64,000 nucleotides of DNA from a virus (Duplodnaviria; Caudoviricetes). Positions 1 through 9,049 of the stretch are shown piece by piece. The DNA lies in the IMG/VR virus record IMGVR_UViG_3300029288_000164, positions 6,754 to 70,753 of that record; one strand, written 5' to 3'. Positions within the stretch are counted from its first letter, which is position 1, and every line of letters starts with the position of its first letter. The position numbers were made by a program, and so were the translations under genes. The notes under the pieces are model-generated. The model did not search any database and was not told the origin of the DNA. It was given only the letters and a program-made list of their open reading frames with translations.

Positions 1-718
1 CCCTTACGTTGATCCCATTAATGGCGTTGGTTACACGGTATTTGAGAATCGGGTACTTGTCTAAAATAGTTTGTGGAACCTCCCTGACAACAGAAAGAAC
101 CTCATTGTACTGGGCGGCTGAGATGATCCTGATGTCAGAAACACCAAGAGAATCAGCAAACTCGATTGTACCTTTTAGTTGAGGAACAGTTTCCGGTGTA
201 ACAACAACGCCAACCGTTAGATAAGTCAGTTTAGACAGTTGTGCAATATTGGAAACTACCTTGTCCCAAACGCCCGCAACCCCAGCCATCTTATCCCCGA
301 ACTGAGAACAACAAGCATCTAGCGAAATCGAAAAATCATTAACTCCGCAATCAATGAGTTCCTTGTATGTCTCAAGTGTTGCTGAACCATTGGTAGACAA
401 AGCGATTCTATCAATACCACGCCTTCTTGTGTATTCAACCAGTTTAGCAAGCCCTTTCCAACAAGTAGGCTCACCACCAGAAAAGCGGATGTTCTTCAAG
501 TGATGATCAGCAAACAAGCTGACAATGTATGTAGCTTCTGTTTGGCTTAAAGTCTTACGCAGATCATTACGTTGACCTCTGCAATAGGGGCACTTGAAAT
601 TGCAAGCATCCGTAAGTACAACTTCGCCACGCATTAGTCGTGAGGAAGATGAAGCTGTTTTGCATCTATCATCAGACAGGGTGTAGAAGCCAATTTGTTC
701 AAGCGGAATACGAGACAT
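1..718 (-). CDS. Radical SAM protein (3' end runs off the window)
   Basis: Manual translation from ATG 718 gives MSRIPLEQIGFY...DACNFKCPYC...IRFSGGEP...ALSTNG, i.e. the CxxxCxxC and GGEP motifs. The frame is open to position 1 and is absent from the ORF track. Confidence 0.9.
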   Translation of the reverse strand, partial: MSRIPLEQIGFYTLSDDRCKTASSSSRLMRGEVVLTDACNFKCPYCRGQRNDLRKTLSQTEATYIVSLFADHHLKNIRFSGGEPTCWKGLAKLVEYTRRRGIDRIALSTNGSATLETYKELIDCGVNDFSISLDACCSQFGDKMAGVAGVWDKVVSNIAQLSKLTYLTVGVVVTPETVPQLKGTIEFADSLGVSDIRIISAAQYNEVLSVVREVPQTILDKYPILKYRVTNAINGINVR

Positions 719-721
719 TGG

Positions 722-958
722 TTAATCTCCCTTAATCGACTTCATTGCAGATTCAGTAAATGCTTCTGGTTCCACATTAGCTTCTTTGGCCAGCTTCTTT
801 TGCTCCGATGTAGGATGACTAAACTGCTCTTGGCGACCCTTGTACCACTTTGCGAAGTCCTTGGCACATCTTCCACAAAGAATACGAAGAGGCTCTTGCT
901 GAACTACCCAGCCGGTAGCCAGATGAGCAGGGCCTTTGCACTGTACACAATTCAGCAT
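722..958 (-). CDS. Small Zn-finger-like hypothetical protein
   Basis: CxxC...CxxC; probable ATG at 958 overlaps the stop of the upstream ORF. Confidence 0.55.
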   Translation of the reverse strand: MLNCVQCKGPAHLATGWVVQQEPLRILCGRCAKDFAKWYKGRQEQFSHPTSEQKKLAKEANVEPEAFTESAMKSIKGD

Positions 959-1167
959 TGGGGTACGTACTTCCCTGACTTCCACATGTCGTCCCACCAA
1001 GGAACCTCAAAACGCCAAGCATTGAACATCTCGTCCCAAGACTTCCTGTGTTCGCAAGTAGTTGGGTGAGCTTGACCAGACTTTGCACCACATGAGCAAG
1101 GCCTTTCCATTTCCTGGTGCCTACGTGCCCAAGAAACAAACGTCTCGCTGTTTGACTGCTTGCCCAT
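952..1167 (-). CDS. Small hypothetical protein, probably leaderless
   Basis: ATG lies 7 nt downstream of a TATACT -10 box; CxC...C-x-H motif. Confidence 0.5.
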   Translation of the reverse strand: MGKQSNSETFVSWARRHQEMERPCSCGAKSGQAHPTTCEHRKSWDEMFNAWRFEVPWWDDMWKSGKYVPQC

Positions 1168-1174
1168 ACTTGGG

Positions 1175-1202
1175 AGTATATGCACGAAATGGGGGTTGTC
1201 AA
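1175..1202 (-). promoter_or_regulatory. Sigma70-type promoter TTGACA-N16-TATACT
   Basis: Near-consensus hexamers read directly from the sequence. Confidence 0.75.
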
Positions 1203-1211
1203 GGGGGAAAA

Positions 1212-2153
1212 TTAAACCCAGGTCTTTAACGTTTTGATCATAAAATCTTCAATCATCTCAAGGTAAGGCTTCTCCGGTAGCGAAGTCTGCTCAAATGCTC
1301 GTCTTGCTTCCTCAACTAGCTCGCCTGCCCATTCAAGTATTTCTTCAACTGTGTATGTACCATGTTTGATGTTTACAATATCCAGGGCATAGGGCAGTGG
1401 ATAAACCAACTTCCCATACTTCATCAAATCAATTCCTTCTTTGAGCAGGTGTATGAGATTACTAGCAAATTTCGTGTCAAAGCCATACTTCAGGAACAGT
1501 TCTTTACGACTAGTAGCCTTAGAAAGACGGTCTTCAATCATTCTCCTGGCCTTCTTCACATACACACTAGGCTCAAGATGTAGATCACCAATAAGGATAT
1601 GGTGACCCTTTTCTCCATCAAACTTCAAGCAATAGGAATCATTCTTGTATTCTCCAAGTACGGAATGATCATCCTTGTCAGCCAAGAAAACTAGAGCATC
1701 TTCCAATGCATGATAATTTTCTGGCTTGATTCGCATCTTATGGCGTTGTGCGTCAGCATACGCAACAAATCGATGATGTGCTGCCTTACTGGGAAATAGA
1801 TGCGCCTTGCTTAGAAGAGCTTTTCCAATGTCTGATTGGAAAATAATGTTCTCAGGATTGGCGAACAATAGATGCAAAATGTTAGGATTGTTCTGTGTTG
1901 CTAACTTAATGAACTTCCGGAACTCGTAGAAAGTGCAATCAACAGCATCAGCAGTATTTCTACCGGTTTCGTCCTTATCCTTAACATTCATTTCAACGAC
2001 TTCGCAATTAGCAAAGCCATAAAGCATCTGTGAAGTTGGCAAGAATATGCCAATCATGTCCAGATCACTTTCGGGGGTGTTAGTTCCGAAAAGATGGGAA
2101 CCACTGCGAATTTTTAGGATTAACCTATCTTCTGCAATTTCTTGGTAGTTCAT
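1212..2153 (-). CDS. DNA polymerase beta-like nucleotidyltransferase, RlaP (RNA-repair-associated) family
   Basis: GSHLFGTNTPESDLD (GS...DxD) motif, NPNILHLL, and a C-terminal ASNLIHLL helix typical of this family. Confidence 0.85.
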   Translation of the reverse strand: MNYQEIAEDRLILKIRSGSHLFGTNTPESDLDMIGIFLPTSQMLYGFANCEVVEMNVKDKDETGRNTADAVDCTFYEFRKFIKLATQNNPNILHLLFANPENIIFQSDIGKALLSKAHLFPSKAAHHRFVAYADAQRHKMRIKPENYHALEDALVFLADKDDHSVLGEYKNDSYCLKFDGEKGHHILIGDLHLEPSVYVKKARRMIEDRLSKATSRKELFLKYGFDTKFASNLIHLLKEGIDLMKYGKLVYPLPYALDIVNIKHGTYTVEEILEWAGELVEEARRAFEQTSLPEKPYLEMIEDFMIKTLKTWV

Positions 2154-2156
2154 TAC

Positions 2157-2363
2157 TTATTCCACCTTTGTCGGATGTTCGGTGTGATACGTGCAGATCC
2201 CGTTGGAGTGAATGGACCACTTCTCCTTGAAATCCGCGAGCCTCTTGACCTCATCGAAAAGCTCGTCGTAGATCTCCCGCGCTTCTTTCTCTTCCATGCA
2301 GAGATCCGAGTGGATGGGGTCTCCGTCCTTGTTCACGTACTCGATTTCCATCCAAATGTGCAT
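2157..2363 (-). CDS. Hypothetical protein
   Basis: AAGGAG RBS, 68 aa, downstream of a promoter. Confidence 0.55.
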   Translation of the reverse strand: MHIWMEIEYVNKDGDPIHSDLCMEEKEAREIYDELFDEVKRLADFKEKWSIHSNGICTYHTEHPTKVE

Positions 2364-2401
2364 GTTAACTCCTTTGTAAATAAACTTTGCCTACACCTGG
2401 C

Positions 2402-2429
2402 AGTATAGTTATGAAATTGGGTTTGTCAA
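2402..2429 (-). promoter_or_regulatory. Sigma70-type promoter TTGACA-N16-TATACT
   Basis: Near-consensus hexamers read directly from the sequence. Confidence 0.75.
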
Positions 2430-2444
2430 GGGGCAGGAAGAAAA

Positions 2445-2891
2445 TTACTCAACACCACCATCAGAGGGGTATACATCAACAAGTGTTACAACTGTAGGTG
2501 TAGTTTTTGGATCTTCGGCCTCGACAACAGGGGCAGCTATTTCTGGACCCTGATTACACCAAGTTTCAAATTCGCTAGATTTGAGTTTGACAAGAACAGC
2601 CATAGAACTTGCGGCGGCGGCTAGAACCCCCGTTGAAATACCAAAACCCCATTGTATTTGGTTATCCTTATCCTTGTCGCCCGTATTGATGCCTGCTGTT
2701 GTAACGCCCCCAGCACCCGCTAGGCCCGTGGCAAAAGCTATGCCCCATGAGAGGGCGTCCCGTTGGTCAAGTAGCCTCTGGCAGCGCTCTGTGCTCCAGG
2801 AATGAGTAAAACCTTTGGCATCTGTTACTGGGTGCCTTGCTGAAGCTGTTGAGCAACCCATTAGGAAAATTGCAAAAATGAAATATCGCAT
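2445..2891 (-). CDS. Putative lipoprotein / membrane protein
   Basis: MRYFIFAIFLMGC is a signal peptide II with lipobox; two further hydrophobic Gly/Ala segments. Start revised from 3038 to ATG 2891. Confidence 0.65.
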   Translation of the reverse strand: MRYFIFAIFLMGCSTASARHPVTDAKGFTHSWSTERCQRLLDQRDALSWGIAFATGLAGAGGVTTAGINTGDKDKDNQIQWGFGISTGVLAAAASSMAVLVKLKSSEFETWCNQGPEIAAPVVEAEDPKTTPTVVTLVDVYPSDGGVE

Positions 2892-2892
2892 A

Positions 2893-3258
2893 TTACTTCG
2901 CCTTCCTCTTCTTTGCTGCCTTTTTTGCTGTATTCTTTTTGATTTCCTTTTTCTCTTCTTCTGTAGCGTAAGGAAAGTCCGCAGCAACAGATACTTCAGT
3001 GTGGGTTTCTGTTCCAGGATTATTTTCTTCACCTTCACAGCATGTCCAAGTTCCTACACACATACTTGAAAATTCTTCGGCTTGCTGTTTCTCATATTCT
3101 TCTAGCTTTGAGCGCAGGAAGCTAGTAATTACATACATAACCCCTTGATCAATTTCATCTTTTGGCCAGAGCAAAGTTTCTAGAACATCTAGAATACGCT
3201 GAATTTCATGTGGATAGATTCTCATTGGTTGAATAATTGCCATGTAATTTACATTCAT
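2893..3258 (-). CDS. Hypothetical protein with Lys/Ala-rich tail
   Basis: GAGGT RBS before ATG 3258; C-terminus KKNTAKKAAKKRKAK. Confidence 0.6.
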   Translation of the reverse strand: MNVNYMAIIQPMRIYPHEIQRILDVLETLLWPKDEIDQGVMYVITSFLRSKLEEYEKQQAEEFSSMCVGTWTCCEGEENNPGTETHTEVSVAADFPYATEEEKKEIKKNTAKKAAKKRKAK

Positions 3259-3728
3259 CTTGACCTCTTTCTCAGTTCTGTTTTCAAAATCCTTACGCAA
3301 TCTATCGCGTCATTTTCTTGAAATCCTATCGCGTGCTCTGGCCGAACCCACCTATTTTGATGAGGACTTATATCAGTGTCATCATCCACTATAACATACG
3401 ATTCTATTTCTGTTTGATCCATTAACCATGTCGAAATTTCCTGTCCCCTGGTTAAATATAGAAATTCACCAGTTTCCGTATAGTCAACAGTTTTATCAAA
3501 AATCCTTTCCGAACAAGGCAACCCACATTCCTCAAGATGTTTTCTAAGTTCTTTAATACTTTGCCCAATTCTCCAAGTAGATGAAATTACTATCCTTGCA
3601 TCGGGCACAGATTCAAAAATACTTTCGAAATATCTTACGCAATCCGAGTTAAGTTGATTTTGATGAAATGATCTTGGAATAGGCGCAAGAACACCATCGA
3701 TATCCAAAAAAATTACTTTCATACACAA
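3255..3728 (-). CDS. HAD-family phosphatase, Swiss-Army-Knife RNA-repair type
   Basis: KVIFLDIDGVL, IVISSTWR, RGQEI and YVIVDDD match the HAD_SAK-type motifs. Confidence 0.85.
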   Translation of the reverse strand: MCMKVIFLDIDGVLAPIPRSFHQNQLNSDCVRYFESIFESVPDARIVISSTWRIGQSIKELRKHLEECGLPCSERIFDKTVDYTETGEFLYLTRGQEISTWLMDQTEIESYVIVDDDTDISPHQNRWVRPEHAIGFQENDAIDCVRILKTELRKRSR

Positions 3729-3948
3729 ATCAGCTTGTCTTTAACTTTTTTCGAAGATTGCTTAACGTACTTTCTGGTACTTCATTATAAAGTAAAAACC
3801 TAACAATGTTTTGGTACATCAATTCACTTTGCTTCGCTTCTCGATATAACTTCTTGAATTCTTCAAGTTCTTTTTGTAGAGTCTCTAATTTGTTTTCCAT
3901 TAAGCCTACCTCATTTTTTACCTCTCTGTGTTATTCCGCCATAATCTC

Positions 3949-3976
3949 AATCTAAGTACGAAATCCGTTTTGTCAA
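3949..3976 (-). promoter_or_regulatory. Sigma70-type promoter TTGACA-N16-TAGATT
   Basis: Hexamers read directly from the sequence. Confidence 0.6.
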
Positions 3977-4059
3977 GTGCAAAAATAACAACTTGACTTT
4001 ATGATATTCATCATTACTATGCTAAAATCAATTCTAACTTTTTCAACAAAGGAAAGCCC

Positions 4060-4443
4060 ATGAGTAAAGGAATTACGAACTTGACAGAAAAAAGATTAGC
4101 ACAAATTGCACCGGAAAAGACCACAGTTTATGTAGCATGGTTGGATACTTATAATGATAGTGGTTGGGGCTGGGGACTTGAGGAAGATAACCTGGAGTTC
4201 ATTTCTTACGATAGTAGTGAAAGATATGACCCGGAATTAGGGGATACAACCCCGGCTTATTTGGTGCGTGACCCCCGAATTGATGATGAGACTTTAAAGG
4301 GTATGATCAAGGAAGATGAGAATTTTCCGCAAGAATTGAAGAATAGCGTGGTTTTCGATATTAGCAGACAAGGATTACCGGAAAATCACCCATATGATGA
4401 TGAAAAATGGGACGTGGGCGAACCGGATGAGGGTGATTGGTAA
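4060..4443 (+). CDS. Acidic hypothetical protein
   Basis: AAGGA RBS; D/E-rich 127 aa. Confidence 0.65.
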   Translation: MSKGITNLTEKRLAQIAPEKTTVYVAWLDTYNDSGWGWGLEEDNLEFISYDSSERYDPELGDTTPAYLVRDPRIDDETLKGMIKEDENFPQELKNSVVFDISRQGLPENHPYDDEKWDVGEPDEGDW

Positions 4444-4843
4444 ATATTGTGCTTGTGGTTGAACTCAGACGATCTTGTACATTTCTGGATGCGATATATC
4501 CTGAAGGTTCCCTGTGCAGGATTGCTACTGAGGATGAGCGAGCATTGTTTATGAGTACGAAGACTGGACCACTTCAGTCAAGTGTGGAAGAGGCATTGAC
4601 CAAAGGCGGTTGCGTAGTTTATTTGCACGGACGGCTGAGACTCCTGGAGAGCGGATCATTTCAGATAATTAGTAGGAATCAAGGGTCTGTTTAATTCAAG
4701 TTAAATCTTTTTTATTCCCCTCTTTAAAGTCCCAACAAAATTTGTGTTTAAATCGGTATTAAGCGAAACCCTTGCGTGGGAATTGCGTAAGAAAATACTA
4801 AAGCGTTGGAGAACCTGGCGCTTAAAAGAAAAGGAAGAAACAA

Positions 4844-5722
4844 ATGGCAGAAACACTAGTGAAGGTAACTGGATCAACCTCAAGCGTTGTATCTCTCGCA
4901 AGTGGGTACAGGATTTCTGGGCAGTCTACAGTATATATTCCCATTAGCAAGGTACAGTTTGATGCCGCTCTTTGTGCGGATCTAGCTACCCATATTACAC
5001 ACGGGCACATTACTGTTGCCATTAACGGGGTAGCACAAACAGCTTCGGATATGACGAACCTTGTTGGTAGTCCAATTCCTTCTGAAACCAAAGAACATAC
5101 GGACTACCAAGAGTCAATTCTTAGTAGATTTGACAACTCGGCTGCTTTACCGGTTTCTCCCTCTGATGGGGACAGGCGTTGGGCGCTTTCGACCGCATTA
5201 GGCTGGACCGCCAATCGCATCTACGTATATTCTGCCGCAACTACTTCTTGGGAGGAAGTTGTTCCGACAATTGGTACACAAATTTACGTGGAAAATGAGC
5301 TTATGCTTTATCTCTGGAATGGTACTTCGCTCAACAGTTTCGCAGAGTCCACCCAAATTCGGTGTCGCATTACTGCCATAGATTTGAAAGCTTTGGCCGC
5401 TTACACGGGCGTCATCAATGGTATTTCTACTGACAGATTCGTCCCAACAAATCTAATCTTCCGGGTTACAGCAGTTGGTGGTGCCGCACTTAACGGAAAT
5501 TGTTCCGTAACATGTGGTATCGGCGTAGGAACCACAGAAATTTTGCCGATCACACAGCTCACTGGTCTAATTGGGTTGAACACTTCCTTCAGTATTCCAA
5601 TTGCTGGCCTCGTAAATACCGCTATTTTGGCGAACGCAACTTTGCACTGTTCAGTAACAACGGCGGATACTTCGGCCGGTACTGGGACTGGCGAGCTTTG
5701 GATTTTTGGATACTCAATCTAG
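4844..5722 (+). CDS. Virion-like protein with DUF2793-like segment and shared C-terminal domain (paralog 1 of 3)
   Basis: GDRRWALS...GWTANRIYVY...WEEVVP..G..IYVENE..LYLWNG resembles DUF2793; the C-terminal GTTEILPITQLTGL...ANATLH is shared with the next two genes. Confidence 0.65.
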   Translation: MAETLVKVTGSTSSVVSLASGYRISGQSTVYIPISKVQFDAALCADLATHITHGHITVAINGVAQTASDMTNLVGSPIPSETKEHTDYQESILSRFDNSAALPVSPSDGDRRWALSTALGWTANRIYVYSAATTSWEEVVPTIGTQIYVENELMLYLWNGTSLNSFAESTQIRCRITAIDLKALAAYTGVINGISTDRFVPTNLIFRVTAVGGAALNGNCSVTCGIGVGTTEILPITQLTGLIGLNTSFSIPIAGLVNTAILANATLHCSVTTADTSAGTGTGELWIFGYSI

Positions 5723-5768
5723 TTTTTAATTGAGTAGGAACTTTCCTACTTAAAAGGAGTTTGATAAA

Positions 5769-6626
5769 ATGTCATTCAGAATCAGTCCGACAGTCGTAAT
5801 TACTGGCGCACAAGCCACTGCAAACACAGATCATATTACAGCAAGTGGTGCAGCACACTCTTTGGTTAAGGATTCTACTGTTTCCTCAACCCACCTAAAT
5901 GTCAGTTTTGTAACTGGCGCACTCACCCAAGTAGATGCTGCACTTACTGGTGACGTGGCTAAGAAGTTCAAGCCTGAACGAGTACTTGTTACTTGTTCAG
6001 ATATTGACATTCCAGCATGGCTTGAAGGCGGGGTTGCTGCAACTACAGTAATTGCAACATGGAATGCGGTAACTGCGGCAGCGGTAGGCGAATTTGGTAT
6101 TACCATTAATGGTGTTGCACAAGACATTACGGGTTTGGATTTCGCTGCTTGTGCTGACATGGATGATGTCGCTGCTGTTATTGAAGCCGGTCTTGTTGCT
6201 GCTTTCGGTGCCGCCATTACTTGCACATGGAATACAAATCATTTCCGCATTACTTCTGCTGATACCAACCCTGCTACGTCATTAATTACGGTTACTCGCG
6301 CCGTAGCTGCTCCTGCTGCTACAGACATCAGCGGTGTTGGTGCTACCACATTCATGGATGGCGAAGTTGGTGTAGGTATTCCTCATCTTCCCCCAACTGG
6401 TTTGGCCGCTACTTTAACCGTAGGAACAACCCACGCAGGAACGGAAATTTTACCGGCAACCGTACTTACAGGTCTAATTGGTGAGGGCATGACTTTTGAA
6501 GTTGGTCTTACCGGCCTGTTCCCAAGTATTGCCGGGAATGCAACCCTTCATGCAACGGCCGTAGTTGGAGATGGGGTAGCGCTGGCGTATTCCGCACATG
6601 TAGTTGTAGAAGGAACACAAGCATAA
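5769..6626 (+). CDS. Virion-like protein carrying an inserted DUF3383-like sheath accessory module (paralog 2 of 3)
   Basis: Colinear with 6660..7136 except for a ~129-aa insert similar to an insert in tail sheath 1. Confidence 0.7.
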   Translation: MSFRISPTVVITGAQATANTDHITASGAAHSLVKDSTVSSTHLNVSFVTGALTQVDAALTGDVAKKFKPERVLVTCSDIDIPAWLEGGVAATTVIATWNAVTAAAVGEFGITINGVAQDITGLDFAACADMDDVAAVIEAGLVAAFGAAITCTWNTNHFRITSADTNPATSLITVTRAVAAPAATDISGVGATTFMDGEVGVGIPHLPPTGLAATLTVGTTHAGTEILPATVLTGLIGEGMTFEVGLTGLFPSIAGNATLHATAVVGDGVALAYSAHVVVEGTQA

Positions 6627-6659
6627 TCGCGTCTAATTCTGACGCAGGGAGAAAATAAA

Positions 6660-7136
6660 ATGGCCATCAGACTCAGCCCGACAGACGTATTAACCGCAAC
6701 AGCCTATAGTGCTTCTGTAACGCACAACACAGCAACGGGGGCCTCGCACTCACTTGTACTTGACAACACGGTCAAGGCAACTTGTGTCGGCGTAGATCTT
6801 CTAAGTGGCGTAAGCGAGGTTAGCGCCGCACTTAGTGGCAGTGCTTCCAAGAAGTTTAAGCCAAACCGCGCTATCATCACATGCACGGCGCAGACCGGAG
6901 CCGGGGCGACCGGGGACAGCCACGTACAAATCGGGACGGCAACAGCGGGAGCCCAGGTTATGGCCAGCACCCATCTAACCGCACTTCAAACGGTTGGCCA
7001 GTGCTTCATTGTAGACCTCACGGGCGTTTTTGCAAATATCGCAGGAAATGCCACCCTGTTTGCTCAGTGCGTAACTCCAGACGGTACCGGCACCACAATG
7101 ACGGCTGATGTAGTTATTGAAGGTACAGAAGTCTAA
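6660..7136 (+). CDS. Small beta-rich virion-like protein (paralog 3 of 3)
   Basis: SPT...HSLV.D.TV...KKFKP.R...IAGNATL is shared with 5769..6626. Confidence 0.7.
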   Translation: MAIRLSPTDVLTATAYSASVTHNTATGASHSLVLDNTVKATCVGVDLLSGVSEVSAALSGSASKKFKPNRAIITCTAQTGAGATGDSHVQIGTATAGAQVMASTHLTALQTVGQCFIVDLTGVFANIAGNATLFAQCVTPDGTGTTMTADVVIEGTEV

Positions 7137-7260
7137 TTTTTCACTTCCCTAGCTGATTTACCAAGTGTAAAAACAGTTCCGAATTCGTCCAGATAATTTC
7201 TTGGCGAATTCAGCCCTTAAACGTTTAACTTTCCTACAAAGCTCGTATTATACTTATGTT

Positions 7261-8427
7261 ATGGCAGAAGACAAACCACAGCCACAAAAATACCACTACG
7301 TCTACGAAATCACCAATATATACAACGGTATGCGTTATTTTGGTGCAAGAACAAGCAAAAATCTACCCCGAAACGATACAAAATATATGGGGTCATCCAA
7401 GTCATTAAAAAAAGCGATAAAAGAGGAAGGACTTTCTTGTTTCAGTAAATTAGTTTTGGCGGTATTTCCCACAAGAGAGAAATCACTTGCATACGAAGTT
7501 TTCTTGCATAAACGCTTCAATGTAGATAAAGATCCAGCCTTTTATAATAAAGCAAGACAAACATCAACAGGGTTTTCTTTTTCTGCTTCCGGTCCAGATC
7601 ATCCAAAGTATGGGACACACCCAAAAGGAAGAAAACTTACAGAAGAAGAAAAAGAGAAACTACGCCTATCGGCCATAAAAGCTAATACTGGGAAAAAGCG
7701 TTCCGAAGAGTCTAAACAAAAACAGAGTAACACCACAAAAGGGACACATATGGGGGAAAACCATCATATGTATGGAAAACACCCTAAAGAAAAGACACGA
7801 AAAAAGCTTAGTGAAAAAAGAAGAAAGAAAATAAGACCCCTTGAATTTCGAAAAAATATGAGCAAAGCCAGGTCTGGTGAAAAAAATCCACAATATGGCA
7901 AACCTCTTTCGCAAGAACATAGAGATAAAATTGGAAAAAGTCTTCTTACCAGAGATACATATATTTATGTTACCCCTATTGGAGAATTCTCAACTGCTTC
8001 TTCCGCAGCAAAAGCCTTACAGTGCTTTAGAGGAACGATTATTAAGAGGTGCAAACAGGAATTTGAAGGATATTCTTTAAAACTCGCCAGAAACATGAAA
8101 AAAGAAGAATTCGAAAATTTATATGAAAAAGGATTTTCAATTTTGGAAATTGAGAAAATAATAAATGTTCGCAATAATGTTTTATATAGGTGGAAGCATG
8201 AAAAAGAAGGAACCACACCTAATGGAGTAGGAATAAAACTAACGCCCACAAAAGTTTTAGAAATTAGATATTTGTATGATATTGGTGCTCCTATGGGAGT
8301 ATTAGAAAAAGAGTTTGATTTGGGAAGAACACAAATATACAGAATAGGAAAACGTCAAAACTGGACCCACATTCCCGAAGAACTCTCACCCATAGATCCC
8401 TCCTGGCAAAAAAACTACTGTTGTTAA
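7261..8427 (+). CDS. Free-standing GIY-YIG homing endonuclease with NUMOD3 repeats and C-terminal HTHs
   Basis: HYVYEITN..NGMRYFGAR, conserved E and YN residues, repeats such as HHMYGKHPKEKTRKKLSE and NPQYGKPLSQEHRDKIG. ATG 7261 preferred to TTG 7201. Confidence 0.88.
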   Translation: MAEDKPQPQKYHYVYEITNIYNGMRYFGARTSKNLPRNDTKYMGSSKSLKKAIKEEGLSCFSKLVLAVFPTREKSLAYEVFLHKRFNVDKDPAFYNKARQTSTGFSFSASGPDHPKYGTHPKGRKLTEEEKEKLRLSAIKANTGKKRSEESKQKQSNTTKGTHMGENHHMYGKHPKEKTRKKLSEKRRKKIRPLEFRKNMSKARSGEKNPQYGKPLSQEHRDKIGKSLLTRDTYIYVTPIGEFSTASSAAKALQCFRGTIIKRCKQEFEGYSLKLARNMKKEEFENLYEKGFSILEIEKIINVRNNVLYRWKHEKEGTTPNGVGIKLTPTKVLEIRYLYDIGAPMGVLEKEFDLGRTQIYRIGKRQNWTHIPEELSPIDPSWQKNYCC

Positions 8428-8582
8428 CTAATTTCATTTTCTTCTTGACTTCCTCAATCCCAGCATCTATAATCCCAAATTGCTAAGAATTTTCTTAGCT
8501 AGTTTCCCAATTTCGGGAAACACTGGAAATGAGCAAATTGTCTCATTCCAGAAAACACCCAAATATGGGTGGAGGTGACATT

Positions 8583-8987
8583 ATGGTATTTTCAAGTCTT
8601 ATTACACGCGATCCTATCTTCAATGCCCTTTTTTATGGATTCACGCAACCGGAATCGAAACCTCCTTGCGAATTCCTGCCCGTGTATGAAGATAATTCTA
8701 CACACCTAAAAGGTTGCCAAATAATTTATGCATTAGCAGGTTTCCGTAAAGAGGACTTGAAGATCTGGTCCAAGAAAGGAGTTCTCTATATTAATGGAGA
8801 CTCCAACAAAGAAGGTTCTCCAGTTTTCGGTAGTAAGTTTGCTTGTGCTTTCAAAAGAGAGTTCAATGTTTCCGAAAAGCTGGATTTAGCTCATTTGGAA
8901 GTCTCTTTCGAAAATGGTCTGCTAAAAATCTTCATTCCTACCAAGGCTGAAGTAGACACTGACAAAATCCTACACTTTGGCAACTAA
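8583..8987 (+). CDS. Small heat-shock protein (Hsp20 / alpha-crystallin)
   Basis: LAGFRKEDLKI...L.I.G...FKREF...SFENGLLKI; GGAGGTG RBS before ATG 8583. Confidence 0.8.
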   Translation: MVFSSLITRDPIFNALFYGFTQPESKPPCEFLPVYEDNSTHLKGCQIIYALAGFRKEDLKIWSKKGVLYINGDSNKEGSPVFGSKFACAFKREFNVSEKLDLAHLEVSFENGLLKIFIPTKAEVDTDKILHFGN

Positions 8988-9049
8988 TTCCACATTTCTT
9001 TAATCCTCCTACCAAATCTGTGCTTCAATATCCTTTGGAGGAATTCCAA

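Noticed and set aside
2892-3038. Arg/Lys-rich N-terminal extension on the 2445 lipoprotein
   Set aside because: It is an alternate-frame overlap with the 2893-3258 gene; the signal peptide starts at ATG 2891.
7137-8528. GIY-YIG gene as part of a group I intron
   Set aside because: The flanking genes are complete and unrelated, and no intron core elements were recognised; it appears free-standing.
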